64,000 bases of DNA from Amoebidium appalachense. Lineage: Eukaryota; Protista; Ichthyosporea. The DNA lies in the NCBI GenBank assembly GCA_963693365.1, contig CAVNZM010000009.1, positions 6,788,171 through 6,852,170 of the forward strand, read 5' to 3'. Shown here piece by piece: positions 1 to 22,440 of this stretch (position 1 is the first letter of the stretch; each line of letters opens with the position of its first letter). The position numbers and the translations under genes are program-made. The notes under the pieces were generated by a model. It saw nothing but the letters and a program-made list of their open reading frames with translations. It was not told the DNA's origin and made no database searches.

Positions 1-103
1 TATTATTTTTATTATTATTACTATTGTTGTTGTTATTATTTTGGGGGGGGGGGAGGGGGGGGGGGGGGGGAGGGGGGGGAGGGGGGGGGGGGGGAGGAAG
101 TGG

Positions 104-262
104 TGGGCCCGACTGGCATCTGGCCCGTATCCTTGTGGCGGGGCAGTAATCATTATTGGGCGAGAGAGGGCGGGCCTTTTGGTTGACACCGAGCTGGAAA
201 GGTGGCCTTGGGTGTTTTCAGGTCCGCAATATTCGACTAGATGTGTGGTCTTGTGTGGTGTT
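104..262 (+). repeat. Family A structured interspersed repeat, copy 1
   Basis: GCCCGACTGGCATCTGGCCCGTATC...GGCAGTAATC...GGGCCTTTTGGTTGACACC...GGTGGCCTTGGGTGTTTTCAGGTCCGCAATATT recurs at 5120, 5790 and, inverted, at 48610-48768. Strand is arbitrary. Confidence 0.9.
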
Positions 263-698
263 GCTAAGGCTCGTTTTGGTGGGTGGTCATTATTGTTGTT
301 GTTTTATGTTGTTTTCATTCGTTTTTTCTTCCACCCTGGTTTTTTTAAAAATAATTTCTCGTTCTGCTTTGATTCCCGATTTGTCCCTCCCTTTGTGTGT
401 GCCTGCGTGCCTGCGTTTTTTTTTTTTTTTTTTTCCTGGTGGTGGTGGGGGGAAGGGGGGGACGGGACAAAGAGAAAGGGGGAAACTGGGAAGGGTCATC
501 GGGTGTAAGCGCGCACATGATATCTTACTTAGAATGTAAGGCACACGCCGTGTGTGTTGGTGCGTTTTAGCGCAATTGTAGCACATGAATGCAAATGCAT
601 GCTTTTCCAGGGATGTTTTTTTGCTTGTTATTCAATTGTTGTTGTCAAACCATATTACTTTTTTTTTTTTAATGTGGGGAGGTGGGGAGGGGGGAGAA

Positions 699-792
<94 letters not shown>

Positions 793-819
793 GTGCGCAC
801 GCGCACGTGTGTGCGTGTG

Positions 820-859
<40 letters not shown>

Positions 860-969
860 GGAGGGGGGGAGGGGGCATTAACGAGTGTTTTTGATTGGTT
901 GAAGGTCACGAGCTAGCGTACTGGTGTGTCATCGCCACTGACTGTGTGGTTGTGTGATTTGGGCTGCAG

Positions 970-10930
<9,961 letters not shown>

Positions 10931-11730
10931 ATCCCCGTACTTTATGACGCATTCAACCCCCCCCCCCCCCCCCCCCCACCCACCCACCCACCCACCCACC
11001 CACCCACCCACCCACCCACCCACCCACCCACCCACCCACCCACCCAAACCTACCCCCCTACCCATCCACCACGACCACCACCACCAAACAAATAAACGAA
11101 CAAACGGAAAAAAGAAAACCCAAGCAAAAAGAATGGAAGAAAAGGATCCGATCTCCCTGTCTCCTCCCTCCCACAATCGCTCTCACCTCCGCCCTGCCCG
11201 CCACCCTTCTCTCTCTCTTCTCCCCCTCCCCTCCCCCTCCCCCCCCTCCCCCCCCCCCCCCCCCCCCCCAACCAACACACACACAAAGCCCCATTCGCCT
11301 CCCTCGCCTCTCTCCTATCGATTTCTGAATGTGTGCTTGTGTGTGTGTGCAGCTCGTTACGATTGGATGTATCTGGCTGTGAGCATCTTGTTGTTATTGT
11401 GTGTAGGTGGATGGGCGGATGGAAGTGCATGAAGTATCAAACAATATGTGGTTGAGGCTACCGGAGGTGGGGGGGAGGGGGGGGGGGTGCGCTGGATGTT
11501 TGGGTATCTGTGTGTGTGTGTGCGTGGGTGCGTGTGTGTGTGTTTGGGGTTGGGGGGGGGGGGGGGGGGGACCGTGATTCTAACATGGTATGAAACTTGC
11601 AGGAGAGAGAACTAGGTGTCAGCAACGAACTCTACATCCCCCCTGAAAACCAAGGGTGATTTTTCCCAGTGATTTGTATTGCCCAACAGCAAAGATATCG
11701 AAAAGCGTAATTGAATTAGAGTTTGAGAGC

Positions 11731-11775
<45 letters not shown>

Positions 11776-11951
11776 TGAAAGGTCGATGCCTTTTGATTCT
11801 TTTTTTTTTTTTTTTTTCGTTCGTTTCTGCCTCTGCTTGTTCATGATAGGACTCGTGTTTTTGGCTCACTGCATTAATTATTTTTTCTTCTTATGTTTAA
11901 TTCTTCTTGCTGATCCTTTCTTTCGTTCTGTTGTTTGATTGGTGTGTGTGT

Positions 11952-12042
<91 letters not shown>

Positions 12043-12560
12043 TAAATTTGTTGATCTTGCACGTGGCTGTGCTTACTCTAGGTTAATCCGTGCACAAGAT
12101 CCTGTGTGGCGATTAGAAATTTCACTGTGTGCACGCGGGTAGAGTTTTAGCACAGAATGTGTTTGTTTTTTTTTGGTGGCTTTCTTGTATAAGGATGGGT
12201 TGAATTAGAGGATATCACAGAGTGAACAGGAAGGATACGGAAAAATCGAAAATACTACTAAGTACTATGCCCGGATATATCGAATTTCGTGCGTAGCTTA
12301 AATTTCGTTGTCTAAAAAAATGAGAATTTGATGTCGGAGTGGTGGGCTACTGCAGTGCAGTGGGCCCGAGCCGATTAAACGATGCGATTGCGTATACGTA
12401 TTAGAATCCGGACCTGACTGACAGTGGTAATGTAAATGTGAAAATGTAATAAAAAGAACAAAGAAAAAAGGGAAAAAATAGAGCCCATAATTTGTTGAGA
12501 ACGAATGCACATGAATTCGAAACTATGCTAACTAGTTTTGATGCACATGTATTAACAGTA

Positions 12561-12593
<33 letters not shown>

Positions 12594-12830
12594 ACACACG
12601 TACACACACATACACGCACAAGCACGCACGCACGAAGTCACAACACATCATTTCTTTTGCTCTCTCTCTCTCTCTTTCTCTCCCACCGCGCCCGTACCCG
12701 AGTCCCGCTCCCTCTTCCCCTATCTCAACAATCTTGCCCTAACTAGAATCTCTCAGGACTCGTCTCCTCTCTCCATCCTCCCCGGCCCCCTCTCAACTCC
12801 CCCCCCCCCCCCCCTCCCCCCTCGCCCCCT

Positions 12831-12863
<33 letters not shown>

Positions 12864-12989
12864 CCCCCCCCCCCCCCCCCCTCTCTCCCTCCCTTCCTCC
12901 CTCTCTCTGCCTTCCTCCCTCCCCCTCTCCCTCTCTTTCTTTCTTTCTCTCCCTCCCTCCGGGACCCCTCCCTCTCCCTCTCTCCCTCT

Positions 12990-13053
<64 letters not shown>

Positions 13054-14013
13054 CAGGCTCTCCCCCCTCCCCCCTCTCCCCCCCTCCCCCCGAATTCCAG
13101 ATCTCCGCTACCCACCCACTCGATCACGAGTACTCACGCGTGTACTCGTGCACGCATGCATTTCAATATTAATATGCACACGCACGGATGGATATGATAT
13201 AATATCGCGCACACAGAATGCATCACCGTGACAAAAACGTGTAAAATAATCTACCTATGTATGTTTGTCTAGCCAGTCGCTTGAATGCCACTTGTTGAAC
13301 ACCGTGGCCGACGTTTGCGCATGCCGTGTCACGGCTGCAGCATGCTTCGAGTCGGACGTGACTGAACTGAGTACTCGCCGTGCATGTTGACTTGAAAGAA
13401 CGGGCACTCTGATCATGTGCAAATATCTCTGCAGAGTATACTATCTTAATATACTTGTATATACTATCTTAATATACTTGTTTTTTCCATTCTTTTCATA
13501 TATCAAGCATAGCATTTAGCAATGTTGTAGCATTTCCACGAAGCGGTGTTTCCTTGGTTTTTGGTGTGTGTGACGTGCATGACGACATGGGACATCATCA
13601 CAGCGAAATTTCTATCAACAAAACTCCATGCGATTGGTTGAAAATCGACAATTGGTGAGCCACAGCCAGCAAAAAGCGGCACTATCGTCATGAGCATGCC
13701 TTTCGCTAATTGGATAACGGATTTTTCCCAATAATCTGGGATTCCTTGGCTGACGGTCATCCATTCCCTACTATTTTTAGCGAAATGATGCAGCGTATGC
13801 ACGGTGCCTCAAAAATCGAGTAAATGAGTGTTGAAAATGATCAAAACTGCATAATTTGCAAAGCCTATAGCAAGATACACCCATGAAGCACAATGTAAAT
13901 ATGAGGCGGATAAAGCTGCATGGGGTGCTCACGCTCATCATGATACATTGAAATTTGCAGCAAGAACTAGAAGATCTAAGGTATGCGGAAAGGAATCAGC
14001 AATACCGCCTGTG

Positions 14014-14172
14014 ATTGGCTGAGTATCACTCTAAAAGCGAGATCAATAGTAATTATCAGCAAAATGGGTATTATCCAATCACCATCCGACTTTTTGTTTA
14101 CAACACGCTATAATTGGCAACGATCTCCGCGGTGAGACAACCCACGGTGAGAGCCCTCTGGTGGTATAAAAA
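14014..14172 (+). promoter_or_regulatory. CCAAT boxes plus TATA box upstream of the 82-aa gene
   Basis: ATTGG at 14014, CCAAT at 14075, ATTGG at 14113 and TATAAAAA at 14165-14172, about 100 bp before an AAAATGG start at 14273. Confidence 0.6.
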
Positions 14173-14272
14173 CACTCGCCATCACCAACAGAGCTCAGTT
14201 CAACCACTCAACTTACAAAGTAAATAATAATTTTTCTCTCTCTCTTTCCGCTCAAGAGAAAGAAAAACGAAA

Positions 14273-14934
14273 ATGGAGGACCTTATCATCCGCAACGAGT
14301 CTGGTCTTCGCTACACCGTCGACTCCCCCGCCAGCTCCCCGCACGCCGTCCGGAGGGTGGCCAGCCCCGGGGGCACCTTGTCGCACGCAGCCCGCAACCG
14401 TGACTGCTTCGACGTGATTCGTGAGGTGTGTAGTGCAGACAAGACTACATTATTTTTAGCTATCCTACTGTGGTTGTGAATGTGACGGTTGCAACAAGAA
14501 TTTTTCCGTTTGCAGCCCAAGCTTTTGTAATTTCAGTTTTCTCACGTGACCCCGCATTTTGAAAGAGTTACCATATTCCGTTTCTTGCTGACTCGGAGTA
14601 GCTCCTGCGCATTTTTGGCTGTTCATCTCCTGCACTTTTCAACGGTTTTCTGGTTTGGAGCCATTTCATTTATTTTCACTAAGTAGTAAGCCTTTTACAT
14701 TTCGCATAGTAGACACATTGCAACATTAACACATGTGTACTCATAGGCCGAGACGTTCAGCGCTCACACAGCTCTGCCACGACTTAAGCACAGTGATTAA
14801 TTAACTAGTATAACTAACTCGTCTTTCCCCCCCCTCAGACTCAAAAGACTCCTGCCGTGTATGCCAACCCCCAGGAGGCCTACGCCCACGACGACCTTGA
14901 TGCCGAAGAGGATCTCAAGTGCCACTGGCGCTAG
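14273..14934 (+). CDS. Small two-exon hypothetical protein (82 aa)
   Basis: Exons 14273-14425 (GAG|gtgtgt) and 14839-14934 (ccctcag|, TAG) join in phase 0: MEDLIIRNESGLRYTVDSPASSPHAVRRVASPGGTLSHAARNRDCFDVIRETQKTPAVYANPQEAYAHDDLDAEEDLKCHWR. Codons are strongly C-ending and a TATA promoter is present. Confidence 0.75.
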
Positions 14935-15386
14935 AACCGAGATCACTACACGAGGCTTGACCCGGCCCGACTCGAATCTGTCTGGGAAAGCCAACCCCAT
15001 CCAAGACGCGAAATGCATGAAAGATACACATTGGAGAGAGTATAACACAAAAGCAGACACATGATTGAATGGATACACAGGCTGTAATTTTCGTAGGTGC
15101 AAGGAGAGAAGGAATAATGAAAAATGTGGATTGTGAGGAGAGAGAAGAAAAAGGTAAAACGAAAATTTCTACTGTATGTGCTAACAGGTGGGAGACCATA
15201 CCAAGCACTGTTTCTTGGTGGCGAGGTAATGTGCAATAAGTTGTGGAATGCCAGGGGCATTAAATGAAGCAGCCGAATAAAAGGCCTAAACTACATGAAA
15301 GTGTTCATTGACCCCCAAGAGAATTTCCCCCCTCTCCCCCTCCCCCCCCCCCCCCCCCCCCCTGCCTCCCCCTCCCCCTCCTCTCC

Positions 15387-15560
15387 ATCAGAGGTGTCCT
15401 TTTAGAACACACCATGGCTGTGTGGAAATAAGTTGTACACCCATGCAACCGGGAATGGTTGCTCTCTCTCGTGCACCTCACATACGCACTTTTTGGTTGC
15501 ATGTTTCCTGCACAGTGTTCCTCATCTAGTTCATACCGTGTTCCACATTCTAACCTCCCC
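15387..15560 (+). mobile_element. Internally deleted family B1-like element between C-runs
   Basis: TCAGAGGTGTCCTTT...CCATGCAACCGGGAATGGTTGCTCT matches 2363-2450 and joins directly to TTGCATGT...ACCGTGTTCCACATTCTAACC, which matches the 2733-2800 end; the structured core is missing. Confidence 0.75.
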
Positions 15561-16292
15561 CCCCCCCCCCCCCCTCGCTTCCCTCCTTACCCTCCCCCCC
15601 CCCCCCCCCCCCTTCCCCCCTTCACTCTGTTCAATAGTGTCACTTTTTGTGGTAAACTTCGGCGTGCTAGTCCTGGTACGAATCTGTCCGTTGTGCACCT
15701 GTTGTGCTACCCACGGCTGGTTAACCCACCCACCCACCACCACCACCTCCACCTCCACCTCCACCACATACGCACACGCGCACACACACTCACAAGCAGT
15801 GACACACAGACAGACAGACGCACAAAACCCGACCGTGTATCTTCCAAAACCAACATTACAACAAGCGGCTACCATTATGTACCACCACATTCAAAAAATA
15901 GATAAGCGTGCATACCTCACCACGGAAGCGTACTGATAGGGATAATCCCTATTCGCACATTTTGTGTGTTTTTGTGCTTTCCTCGTATCCACATTGTGCC
16001 AATAGTATCCGGTGTTTATCATAGTTTGAAGACCCTGTCCCCCCATCCCCCTCCCCCCCTCCCCCCTTTCCCAAAAAAAAAAAAAAAAAGGGGTCCCCTC
16101 CTTTAGAATGGGCTCTGCTTCTTATACATACTGTCTGTGTGGTTTGCCCTCTGCACTGTGTTGTCTGTTGTGAATGTGCACTTCGGGGGCCCTCGACCGT
16201 CAAATTAACCACCCGCATAATCATTGTTTTGCAAATCTTACCGGATAACACGGAATTCCTTGTATATGGGGATCATTCCCGGGGCTGTCTGC

Positions 16293-16700
16293 ACTTAGTT
16301 TCTGTATGTGTTTCTTCTCATGTGCACTTTGTTTTTCTGCATGGCACTTCGTGTTTTCTCATGTGCACTTTGTTTTTCTGTATGTGTGCTTCCTCATGTG
16401 CACTTTGTTTTTCTGTATGTGTGCTTCCTCATGTGCACTTTGTTTTTCTGTGTGTGTGCTTCCTCATGAGCACTTTGTTTTTCTGTGTGTGTGCTTCCTC
16501 ATGTGCACTTTGTTTTTCTGTGTGTGTGCTTCCTCATGTGCACTTTGTTTTTCTGTGTGTGTGCTTCCTCATGTGCACTTTGTTTTTCTGTATGTGTGCT
16601 TCCTCATGTGCACTTTGTTTTTCTGTATGTGTGCTAAGCCTTCCTCATGTGCACTTTGTTTCTGTACTACTGGTGTGTTTTCTCATGTGCACTTTCCTTT
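16293..16700. repeat. 35-bp minisatellite, about 10 copies
   Basis: Unit TGTGCTTCCTCATGTGCACTTTGTTTTTCTGT(A/G)TG; CATGTGCAC at 16360, 16395, 16430 and onward. Confidence 0.92.
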
Positions 16701-18015
16701 TTTTTTTTTGCCTCGCCTCTCTGGACCCCTGTTCCGCAGTTATGATATTTCCCGTTACATACGGTACTTTGTTGCCAGCTGCGCAGCCTATCCTCCGTGG
16801 CTGCCTAAACCAGTGCGCAGTTTGGCCAGTCACTGAGTGCCTAATTAGCTACTAGGCCGCCGGCTGCGGCAGCTCTGTTAAAGCCTTGCCCCCCCCCCCC
16901 CCCTCCCCCCCCCCCCCCCCTCCCCCTCCAATTCCAACCCATCCCCCCCTCCCCCCCCCTCCCCCCCACCGACCGATTTGCTCAGGCTTTGAAACACACA
17001 CAAGCACACACACACACATGCAAGTCACAAAGCATCTGAACTGAGCCGCCTGACATAGTGAAGGTTCTGTGCTTGCAATTGAGCCAGCTAGTGGCTCGAA
17101 ACTCGGATCCTGTACCTGTGAATGATGTGGGGCCCTGCCCCAGGTCTTAGGACTTATGGCCCGCTCTACTTCAGAATCTGATGCACTTTTCTGTCATGGT
17201 GTGAGCTCAAAAACCACAAATTTTTCGAATTCCATGACGGTTCAAATTGAATGACGTCGTTCAGTGAACACAATATTCCTATTTTTTTTGTTGTTTTCAA
17301 AGTCACGACTATGTAAATTTTTTATCACGATAAGTGAAATCAAATTTGGCCATGCATGTACCGACTCGGAACCGTAACCCGTATTCCCCCCCCTCCCCCC
17401 CCCTCCCCCCCCCCCCCGGCCTCCCCTCACCCCCCTCCCCCCGGCCTCCCCTCCCCAGCCCCCCCCCCCCCCCTCCCCCCAACCCCACCAACCCCCCATC
17501 CCCCCCACCCCCCTTCCGATGGCATTGCTTCTATGTAGTGTTTAGCATTGGGTTAAAGGTGCCTCTTCTTGCGTACACTGCACGGGGTGCGGATATCATC
17601 CACCACAGCAACCATAAAGAAGTGGGGGTTGCGTTGGGGGTGGGCGGGTGGGTGGGTGGGTGGGAGTGAGGGGGGAGAGTGGGGAAGGGAGGGGAGGGGA
17701 GGGGAGGGGGGGGGGGGGGGGGGTGCGAGAAGGGGGCGCGGGGGGGGGGGGGGGGGGGGAAGAATCTTGGTGTTGGAATACAGAACTGCATGAAAAACGG
17801 CATTTGTGAATCATCACCGTCGGACGTTTGGCTAATTTAGCCTTAAGTTATTGAATGTTTTTTTTGGTTTTTTTTTCTTTTTCATTTTCATTCTTCTTTT
17901 TTCTTTTTTTGTTTTTTCCCGCTAACTCTTAAATTCACATTTGGGTTGCACGTTGCCGTGGGTGGGTGGGTGCCACGGGTTGGGTGGGTGGGTTGAATGA
18001 GAGGGGTTCAGGTGG

Positions 18016-18059
<44 letters not shown>

Positions 18060-18889
18060 AGGAGGGAGGGGGGGGGGGGGAGGGGGAAGGGGGCGGATAT
18101 TATGACCGGTAGGACTGGATGGAGAGTAGTACTAAGAGAGTCAAGGAAAGTCGAAGCGTAAACTTAGCCTCTTGTCAACACGCGCACCATTATCCCGAGA
18201 GTATCTACACTGCTGTACGCCTACTCTGAGTAGAGTGTTTGTGGTTGACCGAAGCTGTTCGTTCTATAGTTTCGCGGAGAACCCAGTCTCCATAAGACCC
18301 AATAGGAGAGAGCTTACATTTTTCATATATGGCCAAAACGAATACTAACTGATAAACAAATGACTAAACAACCAATCGGAACTCTACATTCTACCAGTAC
18401 ATGCAGTGCCAATCTTCCGAACGCATGCCACACGCAGTATCAATCTTCTCAATCGCGTGCCACTTTGTATGTGCATAAATTATTGGTACACGTGCAGGGG
18501 CTGTCCCCACACTCGTGCGTAACAGAGGCATAGCACGTGGCGTGCCAAGATGCAAAGCTAAGTTGTCATAGTGATGTAATGGTTACGTAATGATGAAGTA
18601 ATTGTAAAGGTCTGTGTGCTACGTGCAATTGTCAAATGGTTGCTATCTAAATGTATGCATATCTAGCTTGCGAAACAACAGAAACCATATACAAGGGGGG
18701 GAGGGCCTATGAAAGGGTGCCTGAACTTCGGAAGCGATATAACCTAGCAGATATCTTGGCATCTCGAATTAGTGGCTGCCCCGGCTATATAGTTACGAGG
18801 AATGGGTGGGTGGGTGGGATGGGTCACCGCTGGGTGGGGGAGGGGGGGGGGGTCAGGGGGATGGGGGGGGGGGGGGGGGGATAAATGCG

Positions 18890-20070
18890 GCACATTTTCT
18901 CCCAATTAATCCACACTACACACTGAAAAGTCAACCTACCCCCATGGTGTCCTATGGCTATTTGGGTATTCCTTTCACCTCTCAGGGTATTTATTTTGAA
19001 CGCCTTTTGACCTCGCGCATTTCTCGTGCGCGCGGTCGCTTACATATCTATCAAGAAATTTTCGCAAATATTTCTAATGTTCATCCTGCCAATCTGCTCA
19101 CTCTCTATAAAGTTTTTCTTCGTCCATGTTTCGAATATGGCCTCCCGTTACTCTTGTGTGCCCCTCCACGGCAACAGCGCGCGGCTCCTCGGGAATTCAT
19201 TCCTTCCAGCGTGAATTCATCCAGTTTGTTCCTCGCACCTCGCGTCGGCATCCTTTGGCGGCTCCTTTGCTGGGTGTTTTTGGTCTTCCGCAGGCGAGTC
19301 AGCGTATGAATGAATTAGGACTTCGCTTTTGTTTTCATTTGGCTAGACTCCCTTCTTATCATCCTTTGGTGCGATTCTTTCCTTCTTTAGCACCTGTTCC
19401 CATTTCCAATGTCCGTGCGAAATGTCCTATCCCCAATCTATCTCCCATTCAGAGATATCCTTTTAGACATTTATCTCCTTTATTCTTCTCTTCCAGTATC
19501 TATCAGCAGTTTGTTACTTGGTTTCATACTCAATATCCTTTGCTTCACCATGTTGATAAAGAGTATCATGGTAGGACTCTTGAGCCTGTGCTTCTTTTTA
19601 TATTAGAGACTCGCCTATTTTCTTTACAATCGTTGTGTAAATTAGCTTATATTCATCCTTCCTCTCGTAAACCTACCACTCTTACTGATTTTGCAATTCT
19701 AACCCCTTCTTGTGATATTGCTTGGAAATGTTTATTTTAACGTTGTAATCTTGGTTTCCATAAATGTTTGTGCCACTTTTGCAATTGTGCAGAACCCTTT
19801 TCTCGTAAACATTTAGATAGATGTATTTATTTATCTCAGATTAATCCGTTGGAAGTTAGAAGACTGGCTTATTTAAATAACCCTGATATTATGTCTATTG
19901 ACTATCTGTTAAATTACCGAATGTTGAACAAGTTTCCTAGGGTGCATGATTATCTAAGTCGTTATCTTATCCGTATCCGAGAGTAAGGTTTTTTTGTATC
20001 TTCTTCGCTGAGATAGTGTGATATCTCGATTGCCTCTATTTTGACCGTCTGAGAATATCAATAAAGTCAT
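18890..20070 (+). mobile_element. Degenerate 5'-truncated non-LTR retrotransposon (RT thumb to C-terminus plus 3' UTR)
   Basis: YGYLGIPF...LYKVFLRPCFEYGLPLL (RT motif 7/thumb), then a frameshift near 19200, a premature TAA at 19738, and CHFCNCAEPFSRKHLDRC...IDYLLN to a stop at 19986. Colinear with the intact element at 56385-58419. AATAAA near 20060. Confidence 0.85.
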
Positions 20071-20246
20071 TTTAGAAAAAAATTTTTTTTTACAGAGTCA
20101 CATCGATACAGTGGCTGCGGCAATTGCGCATGTGCATGTGCACAACGTCTTAGTCACAAGGTTTAGTTATGGTGATACGATGCTTGCTATTATACCTTAG
20201 GCTAAGGCACCTAACCACAAGGGGTTGACCTAAAGCCTTAGGCGCG

Positions 20247-20348
<102 letters not shown>

Positions 20349-20658
20349 TGTCCATCGACTTTACACTTCGGCGGGGGGTACTATCATGTGGGAAAGTAAA
20401 TACACCCTCTCCGGATCCCCCCCCTCCCCCCCCTCCCCCTCCCCCCTCCCCCCCTCCCCCCTCCCCCTCGAAAAAATAAAAACGGAGGAAGCTTTCTGTG
20501 TTAAAGTAAAGTGCCTTAAAGTGGCATCTGCTTGATCTCAAACTGTTTAGTTTGCCGTGCACGCACTACAGGTGCGCATTCACGCACAAATTGAATGCCA
20601 CTGCCAATTATTATGCTCCCCCCCCCCCCCCCCCCCAATCATCATATGCCCCCTCCCC

Positions 20659-20689
<31 letters not shown>

Positions 20690-20863
20690 AAAATAAAATA
20701 AAAAAAATAAAAAAACACACACACATACAGCACGCACAGACGCGCATAACCCACACCAACCCACTGGGACCACACACACACACGCACTAAGGCTTATAAA
20801 ATATGAACGTTAGAACGAGAAACATTCAAGAAAAAAATTTTTTAAAGGGATTTAGCACTCAGG

Positions 20864-20920
<57 letters not shown>

Positions 20921-21013
20921 GACTTCATTGATATGCTCGTCAATATAGAGGCAATCGGGATATCACAGATATCTCAGGGAAGAAGATACAAAAACCTTAC
21001 TCTCGGATACGGA
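20864..21013 (-). mobile_element. Short 3'-end copy of the same LINE family with a (TA)n tail
   Basis: The reverse complement of 20918-21013 (CCGTATCCGAGAGTAAGGTTTTTGTATCTTCTTC...ATATCAATGAAGTCATT) matches 19971-20070 and is followed by (TA)n at 20864-20917. Confidence 0.85.
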
Positions 21014-21058
21014 GGAGATATTTGAATACTCAGGGTTCCATAACTTCTTTTAACCTCT

Positions 21059-21280
21059 CCCCCCCCCCCCCCCCCCCCCCCCCCCCGATCTGAAAAATAA
21101 CAACAAGAAAGGAAACCGGCGGCAAATACAATGTGGCATCATTCGAGACGGGGAGGACCCCCCGGAGGGAGGCCGGGGGGGGGGGGGGCCCCCGGCCTCC
21201 CTCCGGGGGGTCCTCCCCGTCTCGAATGATGCCACATTGTATTTGCCGCCGGTTTCCTTTCTTGTTGTTATTTTTCAGAT

Positions 21281-21325
<45 letters not shown>
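21059..21325. repeat. Perfect inverted repeat (foldback): arms 21087-21179 and 21189-21281, extended by poly(C) and poly(G)
   Basis: GATCTGAAAAATAACAACAAG...GGAGGCCGGGGG and its exact reverse complement, separated by a G9 spacer. Confidence 0.92.
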
Positions 21326-21326
<1 letters not shown>

Positions 21327-21470
21327 CCGATCTCAGTCTTGTGCTTCGGATCTTTCTCTCTTTTCGATATTTTTTTTTCTCTCCATGATTTCTCTCTCTG
21401 TTTTCAACCATAGGATATCATGATAAAAATTTTCATTTTTTTTTTTTTTTTTTTTTTTTAACTACTTTTT

Positions 21471-21514
<44 letters not shown>

Positions 21515-22440
21515 GAGGGGGGGGGAGGGGGGAAGGAAGAGGTGTTGGGGCGGGTCCATGATCTGAACATTCGGGGGTTGGTGTGTGCATGCAGGACTGG
21601 GATGATGGGGTGCTGAACCATAGTGACTTCAGCGGTGATCAGGTATCCCTCCCTCCCCTTCTCCCCTCCCCCCCCCCCCCCACAAAAAAAACACACCCAC
21701 CCACCCACCCACCACCACCACCACCACCCCAGTGCCATGCTGTCTGTAAAGTTTGAAACTGTTCCATGACTAATTATCACAAATATCCATCTGGAACTTG
21801 TTCAAAACGGTTTATGTATCCCTCATAGGGAGCGACTCCGGCATGGCGCAGCCCACGAAAACAACGAACACTTCCTAGGTCCAGAGGCGGCCCCGGGGTC
21901 AATCCCAATCTCTATTAGAGGATTTTAGTGATACCTTATATTATCATACTTTAAAAATCCGGATTCTAATCTTTTGTGCACACTGTCGGCTTGACAGGTC
22001 TCACACATATAATTAATGACACCACAAATCAGGGGAGTGGCTGGCATATCCACATTTCACCACTTTTTTTTGCACAAACCAGCTACAAGCTGGCACAGTT
22101 CATTTTTCTCCGGTTTTCGGAGATATTTATATATTTCTTTTCAAATTTTCGCGCTGCTGGACGCCTGCGTCACAGCAAACTCTCTCAAATTTGCTTTCAT
22201 ACAGTTGAAAATTTCTATACAGATCTCCATTTTATACAACACAATAATCATCACTATATATGCCTTCTTTCTTACATACCTCTGTATATCTCAAGTATAT
22301 CTAACTTTACATACCACACTGAGTCTTACCATTCGACATCACCATCTACATAATCATTACGTATTCAGCAGCTGCATTTAGATAACCCATTCATTTTTCT
22401 CCTTGTCAAACATTCATAGAATTGCAAGCAGCCATGAAAA

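Noticed and set aside
125-186. U2/U4/U6 snRNA identity for family A (GGCCTTTTGG; ATC..TGTGGCGGGGCAGTA)
   Set aside because: Only short partial resemblances; there is no GTAGTA branch-pairing sequence, no ACAGAGA box and no colinearity.
17070-17120. Hammerhead-like GAGCCA-loop-TGGCTC-GAAAC
   Set aside because: No CTGANGA precedes the stem.
21835-21910. tRNA gene (TGGCGCAGC ... GGGGTCAATCCC)
   Set aside because: A/B-box-like words only; no cloverleaf can be formed. At most a decayed SINE head.
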